NCBI GenBank assembly: GCA_046757165.1 | Contig: JBHHXT010000063.1 | Span: 1 to 23,462, forward strand | DNA from: a bacterium | Lineage (GTDB): Bacteria > Zhuqueibacterota > Zhuqueibacteria > Oceanimicrobiales > Oceanimicrobiaceae | Direction of reading: 5' to 3' | Length of the DNA: 23,462 nt | In this document: piece after piece, positions 1 through 7,746 of the stretch | Numbering within the stretch: position 1 is the stretch's first letter | How the letters are laid out: the number at the start of each line of letters is the position of its first letter | Position numbers and translations under genes: made by a program | The notes under the pieces: model-generated | Told to the model about the DNA's origin: nothing | Database searches by the model: none | What the model saw: the letters and a program-made list of their open reading frames with translations, nothing else

Positions 1-1
1 G

Positions 2-91
2 ACACAACAGGTGCAGCGGTTTTATTGTTGCGCCTGTCGAAAGACGTTTACGCGCAATGTTTTTTCGAAGGGGCGCAAGCTCGACTTGTGA
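2..91 (+). other. 3' end of a reading frame truncated by the window edge, with a CxxC zinc-ribbon-like motif (IS1/InsA-like; possibly a transposase remnant)
   Basis: Frame 2 reads TQQVQRFYCCACRKTFTRNVFSKGRKLDL* (TGA 89-91). QRFxCxxCxKTFT resembles the QRYxCxxCxxTFT half zinc ribbon of IS1/IS1595-type proteins. Only 30 codons are visible. Confidence 0.3.
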
Positions 92-169
92 AATTGGAAA
101 TTATCAATCAAAATCATCGACAAAACTCTGTTGGAGTTAGGCGCTCAGCGCCTACATAAGGCTGAAAAG

Positions 170-1051
170 ATGAATCTCGCCATCACCGGCAATTACCACA
201 AGCAGGAAGTACACGTGTTCCTGGCAGACGTCTTCGAATGGCTGACCAAACGGGGGGTCTGGTTCTGTGTCGAATCGGAGCTGGCTGAGAAGTTGAGCTT
301 GCCGGCGCAGGGTTTTCCACGCGTTGAGCCCGAGCGCTTCCATGAGCAAGCCGACATGGTGCTATCGTTTGGCGGCGATGGCACGATTCTGTCGATAGCC
401 AGGAAAATCGGCTGCTCTGGTTTGCCGATTTTGGGCGTGAAGATCGGCGGCATGGGCTTTTTGGCCGAGCTGGCGCCGGAGGAGTTGTATACCAGCCTGC
501 CGGATATTCTGCAAGGCAACTATCAGGTCGTGGAGCGTATGGTATTGGCCGCCGAAATCGAAGCTGAGAACGGGGTGCAGTTTTTCGCGCTCAACGATTT
601 TGTGGTGGACAAAGGGGCCGTGTCCCGCGTCATCCGCCTCAAGACGTACATCGACGATGAGTTTCTCAACACCTACATCGGTGACGGGTTGATCATCTCC
701 TCGGCCACCGGTTCGACCGCGTATTCGCTGGCCGCCGGCGGTCCGATCTTGCTGCCTTCGATGGAAGCCATCATCATCAATCCGATCAGCCCGCACAGCC
801 TCGGCGCGCGCCCGGTGGTGATTCCGGGAGACCGGAAGGTGAAAATAAAACTCGAAGCCACGTCCCAGGACGTCTTTCTGTGTGCCGATGGTCAGAAGTC
901 CAGGCAGCTCGAGCCTGGCAAAGCGACGACGATTGGTAAGGCCGACTACTGTATTCGACTGGTTTCCTACCGGCATCGCAGCTTCTACGACATCCTGCGG
1001 GCGAAGCTGAATTGGGGGGAGGACGTACGCGAGGCGGGAAGCGGAGAATAG
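170..1051 (+). CDS. nadK: NAD(+) kinase
   Basis: Motifs FGGDGTIL, GGMGFLAE, ALND, GDGLIISSATGSTAYSLAAGGP, PISPHSL and ADGQ. ATG at 170 (MNLAITGN) is preferred over the TTG at 131 in the ORF track. Confidence 0.96.
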   Translation: MNLAITGNYHKQEVHVFLADVFEWLTKRGVWFCVESELAEKLSLPAQGFPRVEPERFHEQADMVLSFGGDGTILSIARKIGCSGLPILGVKIGGMGFLAELAPEELYTSLPDILQGNYQVVERMVLAAEIEAENGVQFFALNDFVVDKGAVSRVIRLKTYIDDEFLNTYIGDGLIISSATGSTAYSLAAGGPILLPSMEAIIINPISPHSLGARPVVIPGDRKVKIKLEATSQDVFLCADGQKSRQLEPGKATTIGKADYCIRLVSYRHRSFYDILRAKLNWGEDVREAGSGE

Positions 1052-1090
1052 GCCCGCCCGCTGCTACCGCAGTTTTGCGCCAAAAAACGC

Positions 1091-1119
1091 TTGACCCCGT
1101 TGCACGAATCCAGTATATT
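1091..1119 (+). promoter_or_regulatory. sigma70-type promoter upstream of mutS
   Basis: TTGACC (1091-1096), 17-nt spacer, TATATT (1114-1119); A-tract immediately upstream and AT-rich downstream. Confidence 0.7.
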
Positions 1120-1207
1120 TTCAAAAATTTAATTCTTAGTACTTGATAAGTTGTTTCCTGTCATTTTTTGGCAAGAAATGAGATTTAAGTCCCAAATATT
1201 AAAGATT

Positions 1208-1289
1208 TCACGCAAAGACGCTAAGGCGCAAAGAGGCATCGCAAAGAAAAACCTTTGCGTATTCTTTGCGTCTCTGCGACTTTGCGTGA
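1208..1289. repeat. Palindromic repeat element built of CGCAAAG/CTTTGCG units
   Basis: Outer arms TCACGCAAAG (1208-1217) and CTTTGCGTGA (1280-1289) are exact reverse complements. CGC(A/T)AAG occurs at 1211, 1219, 1227 and 1240; CT(T/C)TGCG occurs at 1253, 1264, 1272 and 1280. Confidence 0.85.
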
Positions 1290-1336
1290 GCTATTAAGAT
1301 TTCTTTTTTTGGTTCCGGCTTGTCCGGGTCAAGAAG

Positions 1337-3967
1337 ATGGCGAAAAGCGAAAAGAAAACCCCGATGATGGAGCAGTACCTGGCGATCAAAGCGCGACACC
1401 AGGATGCGGTGCTGTTTTTCCGCATGGGCGATTTCTACGAGATGTTTTTTGAAGACGCCAAAATCGCCGCCGAAGTTCTGGGCTTGACCCTGACCTCCCG
1501 TGGACACGGCAAAGCGAACAGCGTGCCGCTGGCCGGATTTCCCTACCACAGCCTGGATACCTATCTCTCCAAAATGGTGAAGGCTGGCCACCGGGTGGCG
1601 ATCTGTGAGCAGTTAGAGGACCCGAAGCAGGCGAAAACAGTCGTCAAACGCGATGTCACCGAAGTTGTCAGCCCGGGAACCGCGATCACCGATGATCTGC
1701 TGGAGAGCAAACGTAACAACTACCTGGTCTCGATTTATATCGACGGCGACATTTGCGGCCTGGCCATGGTGGATATTTCGACCGGCGAGTTCATGGTCGA
1801 TGAGATCCCCGCCGGCCAATTTGCCGAAGAGTTGCGCAAAAACTCGCCTTCCGAGCTTCTGATTCCAGAGGGGCAGGCCACCTATATCGAGCAAACCCTT
1901 GGCAAGGCCGAGGGTTATTTCCTGACCCGGCGTGAAGATTGGATTTTTGCCCGCGACACCGCGTACGAGACCCTGACCCGGCATTTCGGCACCCTCTCTT
2001 TGAAGGGATTTGGCTGTGAAGATCTCGGGGCCGGGATCAGGGCTGCCGGCGCCACGTTGCATTTTCTCAAAGAAGTGCAGCAATATCAGCTCGTCCATAT
2101 CAACCAGATTCAGCGACACTCGAGCCAGGACTTTGTTGGCCTGGACAGCGACACACGCCGAAACCTGGAGCTGCTGAGATCGTTGCGCAGCGGCACCAGC
2201 CAGGGCACGGTGATCGCTGTGATCGACAAGACCAAAACACCCATGGGCGGCCGCCGTCTCGTGCAGTGGTTGCTCAAGCCCCTGCTGAGCGCCAAGCAGA
2301 TCAGAAGACGACATGACGCGGTAGAGGAGTTGACGAAATCTGGCCCCCCGCTCCCGGACCTTCGGGAAGCGTTGAGTAATATTGGCGACCTGGAGCGCCT
2401 GACCTCCAAAATCGTCACCCATCGCGCCTCAGCCCGCGACCTGGTGGCGCTCAAGAAATCGCTGAAAATCATTCCGGAGCTGCGCCAATCGCTGGAACCG
2501 TTCGAGGCACAAGCCCTGCAGAAAATTGAGCACGAGCTCGACAATCTCGAGCCGCTGGTGCAGGAGATCGAAAAAGCCATTGTGGAGGACCCTCCGCTCG
2601 CCGTGACCGAGGGCGGCCTGATCAAACGTGGCTACCACGCACCGTTGGACGAGCTGCGCGACATCTCTTTTTCGGGCAAAGACTGGATTGCTCGCCTGCA
2701 AAATGACGAGCGCGAACGGACAGGTATTTCATCTCTTAAAGTTAGTTATAACAAAGTGTTCGGCTACTACATCGAAGTGACCAAAGCCAATCTCGCAAAA
2801 GTGCCGGAACACTACCTGCGCAAGCAGACCCTGGTGAACGCGGAGCGCTTCATCACGCCCGATTTGAAGGAGTACGAAGAAAAAGTGCTCGAGGCGGAAG
2901 ACAAAATCGTCACCATCGAGTACGAGCTGTTCGACAAAGTCCGCAAAATGGCCAGCGAGCGGGCGCGCGAGATTCAGGCCAACGCTCATCTGATCAGTGC
3001 CCTGGATTGCTTCGCCAGCCTGGCACAATTGGCGATTGAAAACAAATACGCGCGGCCCGAAATCAACGAGGGCACAGAGATCGTCATCACAGAAGGTCGT
3101 CACCCGGTGGTCGAAAAACTGCTTCCGTATGATGAGTCCTTCATTCCGAACGACGCTCACATCGATAACCAGAAGGAACAGATCATTATTTTGACCGGAC
3201 CGAACATGGCGGGCAAGTCGACCTTTCTGCGCCAGGTGGGCCTGATCGTGCTGCTGGCCCAGATGGGCAGCTTTGTGCCGGCCAAAAAGGCGACCATCGG
3301 GGTGGTGGATAAGATTTTTACCCGCGTCGGTGCGTCGGACAACCTGGCAGGGGGCGAGAGCACCTTTCTGGTCGAAATGAACGAGACCGCCAACATCCTG
3401 AACAATGCCACCGTCAGAAGCCTGCTTCTTCTCGATGAAATTGGCCGTGGCACCAGCACCTTTGATGGCCTGTCGATCGCCTGGTCTGTGGCCGAATTCC
3501 TCCACAACCACCCTGCCGTCGCCGCGAAGACGATTTTCGCCACGCACTATCATGAGCTGACCGAGCTTGCGCTGCTGCTGCCGCGCGTGCGCAACTACAA
3601 CGTCGTGGTCAAAGAGTGGGGAGACAAAATCGTGTTTTTGAGAAAGATTGCGGCCGGCGGCTGTGACCACAGCTACGGTATTCAGGTCGCCAAGCTGGCA
3701 GGCCTGCCTGACCGGGTGATCAGCCGGGCCCGGGAGATCCTCAGCAACCTGGAATCGGATGAGCTGACGGTCAATCATTTGCCGAAATTGGCCGTGACCC
3801 ATGAAGACGCCAACCACCACGTCAAGAGCCAGCAGCTCGATATTTTTCAGAGGCAGGAGAGCCAGCTCCGCGAGCAAATTCGCGCGCTCGATGTCGATGA
3901 TATGACGCCCATGCAGGCGCTGCTCAAACTCAACGAGCTGAAGAAAGTGACTGAGGAGAATGTGTGA
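1337..3967 (+). CDS. mutS: DNA mismatch repair protein MutS (MutS1)
   Basis: 876 aa. TPMMEQY, mismatch-binding FRMGDFYEMF, Walker A TGPNMAGKST, GESTFLVEM, Walker B LLDEIGRGTST, FATHYHEL, SYGIQVA and a C-terminal QLDIF clamp-binding-like motif. Confidence 0.99.
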   Translation: MAKSEKKTPMMEQYLAIKARHQDAVLFFRMGDFYEMFFEDAKIAAEVLGLTLTSRGHGKANSVPLAGFPYHSLDTYLSKMVKAGHRVAICEQLEDPKQAKTVVKRDVTEVVSPGTAITDDLLESKRNNYLVSIYIDGDICGLAMVDISTGEFMVDEIPAGQFAEELRKNSPSELLIPEGQATYIEQTLGKAEGYFLTRREDWIFARDTAYETLTRHFGTLSLKGFGCEDLGAGIRAAGATLHFLKEVQQYQLVHINQIQRHSSQDFVGLDSDTRRNLELLRSLRSGTSQGTVIAVIDKTKTPMGGRRLVQWLLKPLLSAKQIRRRHDAVEELTKSGPPLPDLREALSNIGDLERLTSKIVTHRASARDLVALKKSLKIIPELRQSLEPFEAQALQKIEHELDNLEPLVQEIEKAIVEDPPLAVTEGGLIKRGYHAPLDELRDISFSGKDWIARLQNDERERTGISSLKVSYNKVFGYYIEVTKANLAKVPEHYLRKQTLVNAERFITPDLKEYEEKVLEAEDKIVTIEYELFDKVRKMASERAREIQANAHLISALDCFASLAQLAIENKYARPEINEGTEIVITEGRHPVVEKLLPYDESFIPNDAHIDNQKEQIIILTGPNMAGKSTFLRQVGLIVLLAQMGSFVPAKKATIGVVDKIFTRVGASDNLAGGESTFLVEMNETANILNNATVRSLLLLDEIGRGTSTFDGLSIAWSVAEFLHNHPAVAAKTIFATHYHELTELALLLPRVRNYNVVVKEWGDKIVFLRKIAAGGCDHSYGIQVAKLAGLPDRVISRAREILSNLESDELTVNHLPKLAVTHEDANHHVKSQQLDIFQRQESQLREQIRALDVDDMTPMQALLKLNELKKVTEENV

Positions 3968-4020
3968 CTTGCTGACTGTCCTGCCATTCTTGGGGACAAT
4001 CAAGTCAAGCTTGGTCCAAG

Positions 4021-4150
4021 GGGCTGTCCCAAAATCAGAAACGAACCACGATTTGTCATTCCTGCGAAAACAGGAATCCAGAAAATCAATAGCTTATAGA
4101 TTCCCGCTTTCGCGGGAATGACACGAAAAGCGGGACTTTTGGGACAGCCC
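4021..4150. mobile_element. 130-bp MITE-like element with perfect 14-bp terminal inverted repeats and internal paired hairpins
   Basis: GGGCTGTCCCAAAA (4021-4034) and TTTTGGGACAGCCC (4137-4150). No coding capacity for a transposase and no clear target-site duplication. Confidence 0.65.
4054..4123. repeat. Inverted pair of GTCATTCCCGCGAAAGCGGGAATC-type (dRS3-like) palindromes
   Basis: TGTCATTCCTGCGAAAACAGGAATC (4054-4078) and GATTCCCGCTTTCGCGGGAATGACA (4099-4123) match at 22/25 as inverted copies. 4100-4119 fits ATTCCC-N8-GGGAAT. Confidence 0.85.
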
Positions 4151-4195
4151 GTTTCAGGGACGAATCCGAGAGGGTTGGGACTTTCCCAAAAGCTT

Positions 4196-4259
4196 GTAAT
4201 ACGACATTCATGTCGTGACTCGTTGAAGCCAGATTCTCGCAACATAAATGTCGCGTTAC
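4196..4259. repeat. REP doublet (REPIN-like): two inverted 22-bp palindromes with GTAA heads
   Basis: GTAATACGACATTCATGTCGTG (4196-4217) versus the reverse complement of 4238-4259, GTAACGCGACATTTATGTTGCG: 17/22 identical, each an internal hairpin. Confidence 0.65.
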
Positions 4260-4426
4260 CTCATGCAGTGATTTGCCCTTGCTTGTTTCGAGCGATTTGC
4301 TTAGCTTGGCAAATCGGCCTCCGGGCTTGCGGAATATTTGTTTGTCTTGATTCTGTTGCAACGAATGACCGACCCGGAATCCGACCCGCACCAGGAAGTA
4401 ACGAAGAAGTTAAATGAGGACGACCC

Positions 4427-5494
4427 ATGCGTGTTTCTATCATCGCAATCCTGTCTATGACCAGCGTTTTTTCGTTTCAAGTCGCAGTCGCCGGTGACCT
4501 GGTCACGGCCAAATATGCCGGCGAGTTCCTTGCGCTGGGTGCAGGGGGACGCTCCCTGGGTATGGGGAGCGCTTTTGTTGCCGTCGCCCGCGACGTTACC
4601 TCCGGCTACTGGAATCCTGCCGGCCTGGCTTATGTGAACTACCCGCAGTTCATGCTCATGCACTCGCGCCAGTTCCGAGGCGAGGTGAACTACGATTTCG
4701 GCGCTGTCGCGTTGCCGGTCGGCCACAAGAGCAGCCTGGGATTGAGCATTATCCGTCTGGGCGTGGACGACATCCAGCAGACGGCTCTCAGAAATCCGGA
4801 TGTCGCGCTGGGCGAAACCTATGTCGATGAAAATGGTCAGCTCGTGCGCAATACGCCGTTCGTCAAGGATTTGTTTGGCAGTACGGATTTGGCCTTGTTC
4901 TTGACCTACTCCAAGAAAGTCGCCGACACCTTCTCTTACGGGGGCAACGTCAAGTTTATCAATCGCTCGATTGGTGACCATTCCGCCTGGGGTCTGGGGT
5001 TCGATGTTGGGTTTATCTTCAACCCGGCCTCCAATGTGTTCATCGGCCTGAACCTGCAAGACATCACGACAACGCTCCTGGCCTGGGACACGGGGAGACG
5101 CGAGCTGCTGCGGCCTTCATTTCGCGCGGGTGTGACGTATCCGATCTTCTTATCGAGCCTGGGCGGGAGAATTCAACCGGCAGTGGATTTTGTGTTTCGT
5201 TTCGAGAACCGCCAGGAAAGCGCTCTGGCAAGCATTGGCGCCAGCAGTGTCGATATCAACTACGGGTGGGAATATGTTTATCACGATGCCTTTGCTGTTC
5301 GTTTTGGCTTTGCCGGCTTAGGAGACGCGGACACCGGACAGATGAACCTGGGCCAGTTCACGGCCGGCGTTGGGCTGCACTTTCCGAAACTCCAAATCGA
5401 CTATGCCTATCTCGGGCACGAAGAGCTGGGAAACACGCATCGAATCTCTGCCAGGCTGACTCTCGAGGAGCCCAGGTTCCGCCGCAAGAAGTAG
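4427..5494 (+). CDS. PorV/PorQ-family (PorV2/UPF0164/FadL-like) outer-membrane beta-barrel protein
   Basis: Signal peptide, then AKYAGEFLALGAGGRSLGMGSAFVAVARDVTSGYWNPAGLA (family N-terminal signature), GLGFDVG, alternating beta strands and IDYAY...LGNTHRIS end. GAGGA RBS at 4416-4420. Confidence 0.82.
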   Translation: MRVSIIAILSMTSVFSFQVAVAGDLVTAKYAGEFLALGAGGRSLGMGSAFVAVARDVTSGYWNPAGLAYVNYPQFMLMHSRQFRGEVNYDFGAVALPVGHKSSLGLSIIRLGVDDIQQTALRNPDVALGETYVDENGQLVRNTPFVKDLFGSTDLALFLTYSKKVADTFSYGGNVKFINRSIGDHSAWGLGFDVGFIFNPASNVFIGLNLQDITTTLLAWDTGRRELLRPSFRAGVTYPIFLSSLGGRIQPAVDFVFRFENRQESALASIGASSVDINYGWEYVYHDAFAVRFGFAGLGDADTGQMNLGQFTAGVGLHFPKLQIDYAYLGHEELGNTHRISARLTLEEPRFRRKK

Positions 5495-5594
5495 CGCTGA
5501 ATAGAGCGCGAATCCACCGGGCCTGACAGCCACTAGGCGCTCGAGAAAAAATAGCGACAATTTATTGTCGATAGTATTGGGGACGCAGATTGGG

Positions 5595-5668
5595 TCCCCA
5601 CAGATCAAAAAACCACACGGAAAAAGTTTTTGATCGACAAATCCGTGTGGTTTTTTGATCCGTGGGGA
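5595..5668. repeat. Long inverted repeat (27-bp arms, 20-nt loop); repeat element and/or terminator-like hairpin
   Basis: TCCCCACAGATCAAAAAACCACACGGA (5595-5621) and TCCGTGTGGTTTTTTGATCCGTGGGGA (5642-5668) are complementary at 26/27. Confidence 0.85.
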
Positions 5669-5837
5669 ATATTCTGCCTTTTCCTGCCCGCAGGGCCCTC
5701 TTTGCTGGGCGAAGTTCCCAGTCGAGACGTAGATTCTCCGGGCTGAGGGTCAAGATCCCGCTGCCAGAGCAGGATTTTCCGACCGGATTTATAGACCCTC
5801 ATCCTTTTCTCTCTGACCAAAAAAGTTGAAATTTCAT

Positions 5838-5866
5838 TTGACAATATTAAAAATATATTGTATAAT
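5838..5866 (+). promoter_or_regulatory. Perfect-consensus sigma70 promoter heading the yicC-gmk-rpoZ-coaBC-udg-dnaB-rel run
   Basis: TTGACA (5838-5843), 17-nt spacer, TATAAT (5861-5866), in a very AT-rich tract about 100 nt upstream of the yicC start. Confidence 0.88.
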
Positions 5867-5967
5867 GTAAGTCACTCTAATATTGTAACTTAATGGCCTT
5901 TAGGATTGTGATTTTGGCGGTGATTTTCGGCGAAGGGAAAGGGTAACAAAGGAGCGTATTCAGCAAT

Positions 5968-6846
5968 ATGGTTTCCAGCATGACCGGTTTTGGACGCGGA
6001 GAAGCACGGCACAACGGCTTCGTCGTGTTGGTGGAAATACGCTCACTCAACCATCGCTTTCTGGATATTGAGGTTCGTCTCCCCAAAAGCTTGAACTCCT
6101 GTGAAGTAGAGATCAAAGAGTTGATAGGCTCACAACTGTCAAGGGGCCGGGTCAATGCAACCATCACCGTGAAAGGCGAGCAGGCGCCGGCGGCTAGCTT
6201 GACTCTCGACAAACCGCTCGCGACCATCTACATGAAGCTGTTGCAGGAATTACGGCAGGAGTTCGATCTCGATGGGCCGATTGAGTTGCAGCAACTGCTG
6301 AGTTTTCCCGATATCATCGCGGCCGGGAATTCGAATGAACTGGATGAAGACGTGATGGGGTTGGTCAAGTCCGTCGTGCAAACGGCTATCACGGACTTGA
6401 AAGAAATGCGGCTGCGCGAGGGGCAGGAGATCGAAAAAGATCTGCACGACAGGATTCAAGGAATCCAGCGGCTCCTGAAACATATCGAAGCACGCACAAA
6501 AGAAACTTCAAAGGCCGTTTTCCAAAAGCTGCGAGAGCGGGTCGAGGCGCTCACAGATTTGGAAGTTCTGGATGAAGGGAGACTGGAGCTGGAGGTGGCG
6601 GTACTGGCTGAAAAAGCGGATGTTACCGAAGAGTGTATTCGCTTCAAGAGCCACGCAACTCTGTTTTTGGAGCTGTTGGAGAAAACGAGCTCCGAGGGAC
6701 GCAAGTTGAACTTCCTGCTGCAAGAGATGCACCGGGAGGCCAATACCATCGGCGCGAAAGCCAATGACGCACAAATCGCTCATTGGGTGGTGGAGATCAA
6801 GGAGGAGGTAGAGAAGCTGAGAGAGCAGGTTCAAAACATTGAGTAG
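5968..6846 (+). CDS. yicC: YicC/YloC family endoribonuclease
   Basis: SMTGFGRG, EIRSLNHRFLDI, RGRV, KADVTEE, GRKLNFLLQEMHREANTIGAK and EKLREQVQNIE; classic position upstream of gmk. Confidence 0.96.
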   Translation: MVSSMTGFGRGEARHNGFVVLVEIRSLNHRFLDIEVRLPKSLNSCEVEIKELIGSQLSRGRVNATITVKGEQAPAASLTLDKPLATIYMKLLQELRQEFDLDGPIELQQLLSFPDIIAAGNSNELDEDVMGLVKSVVQTAITDLKEMRLREGQEIEKDLHDRIQGIQRLLKHIEARTKETSKAVFQKLRERVEALTDLEVLDEGRLELEVAVLAEKADVTEECIRFKSHATLFLELLEKTSSEGRKLNFLLQEMHREANTIGAKANDAQIAHWVVEIKEEVEKLREQVQNIE

Positions 6847-6849
6847 GCT

Positions 6850-7425
6850 ATGAATCAGCGGGGCCTTCTGGTTGTCATATCGGCGCCGTCCGGAGGCGGC
6901 AAGACGACAATTCTCAGAAGAGTGTTGCAGTCGGGAAATGGCAATTTTCGCTATTCGGTCTCGACAACCACGCGGGCCCGGCGACGAGGGGAGATTGAGG
7001 GACGGGATTATCATTTTGTGAGTACGAATGAGTTTCAGCGTCGGCGTGACAATGGTGAGTTCATCGAGTGGGCAGAGGTGCATGGCCACTACTATGCAAC
7101 GCCGCGGGAGCCAATTGAACGCTGGCTCGATGAAGGTCGACTGATTCTTACCGATTTGGATGTGGTCGGCGGGCTGACGATCAAGGAACAATATGGCGAT
7201 TCCGCACTTTTGATTTTCGTTAAACCACCTTCTTTTCAGAGTCTCATTCAGCGACTAAAAAGTAGAAATACCGAGACGCCAGCCGAGATTGAAAAGCGTC
7301 TCGAGCGATATCCGGATGAAATAGAGAAGTCAAAATTCTATGACTATCAGTGCGTTAATGACGACCTGAAGCAGACAATCCAAAGCCTATTGAAAATCAT
7401 CAATCAGCATTATTGTGTGTATTAA
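6850..7425 (+). CDS. gmk: Guanylate kinase
   Basis: P-loop SAPSGGGKTT, SVSTTTRARRRGEIEGRDYHFVS, FIEWAEVHGHYYAT and IFVKPPS. Confidence 0.97.
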   Translation: MNQRGLLVVISAPSGGGKTTILRRVLQSGNGNFRYSVSTTTRARRRGEIEGRDYHFVSTNEFQRRRDNGEFIEWAEVHGHYYATPREPIERWLDEGRLILTDLDVVGGLTIKEQYGDSALLIFVKPPSFQSLIQRLKSRNTETPAEIEKRLERYPDEIEKSKFYDYQCVNDDLKQTIQSLLKIINQHYCVY

Positions 7426-7437
7426 TGGAGGTTATGC

Positions 7438-7737
7438 ATGATTAAGACCATGTCGATCAGGGATCTAGAGGCAAAAGCAAACAACATTTACGAAGCCATC
7501 GTTGTACTGGCGAAACGCGCGCGGCAGATCAACAGTGAACAAAAGCATCTGTTGATTCAGGAGCGTGACTATGATGAATATGAGGAGTTCCAGGATGAAG
7601 AGGTCGACCCCGATGTCGACGAGACATTCCTGGATCTACCCAAACCTCCTGCTGTCAGCCTGGATGAGTTCTTGTCCGGGAAGATCAAATTCGAGTACAG
7701 CCCGGAGGAAGATAAGAAAGACGATGAATCGCAATAG
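7438..7737 (+). CDS. rpoZ: DNA-directed RNA polymerase subunit omega (FCB/Bacteroidota type, with acidic insert)
   Basis: NIYEAIVVLAKRARQIN and LPKP...LDEFLSGKI motifs; lies between gmk and coaBC; GGAGG RBS at 7427-7431. Confidence 0.85.
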   Translation: MIKTMSIRDLEAKANNIYEAIVVLAKRARQINSEQKHLLIQERDYDEYEEFQDEEVDPDVDETFLDLPKPPAVSLDEFLSGKIKFEYSPEEDKKDDESQ

Positions 7738-7746
7738 CCAAGAGAG

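Noticed and set aside
1185..1333. Integron attC-like site around the mutS leader element
   Set aside because: The ends lack a proper RYYYAAC/GTTRRRY pair (GGGTCAAG rather than GTTRRRY), and there is no cassette ORF or integrase.
1613..4003. Long minus-strand ORFs (269 aa, 424 aa) opposite mutS, and similar ones opposite nadK, the barrel gene, gmk, rel and the 996-aa gene
   Set aside because: Antisense shadows of GC-biased coding strands, with no recognisable motifs and full overlap with confident genes.
4000..4443. ORFs of 60-101 aa in the mutS-barrel gap (e.g. VIPAKAGI, SFPRKRES peptides)
   Set aside because: They are translations of the palindromic repeats, with no RBS or protein features.
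1197..5668. Possible CRISPR array among the palindromes
   Set aside because: No run of identical direct repeats with regular unique spacers, and no cas genes.
5848..5886. NrdR box in the yicC promoter (AAATATATTG)
   Set aside because: It lacks the conserved C of the CwAtATaTwG core, has no convincing tandem second box, and no nrd genes follow.
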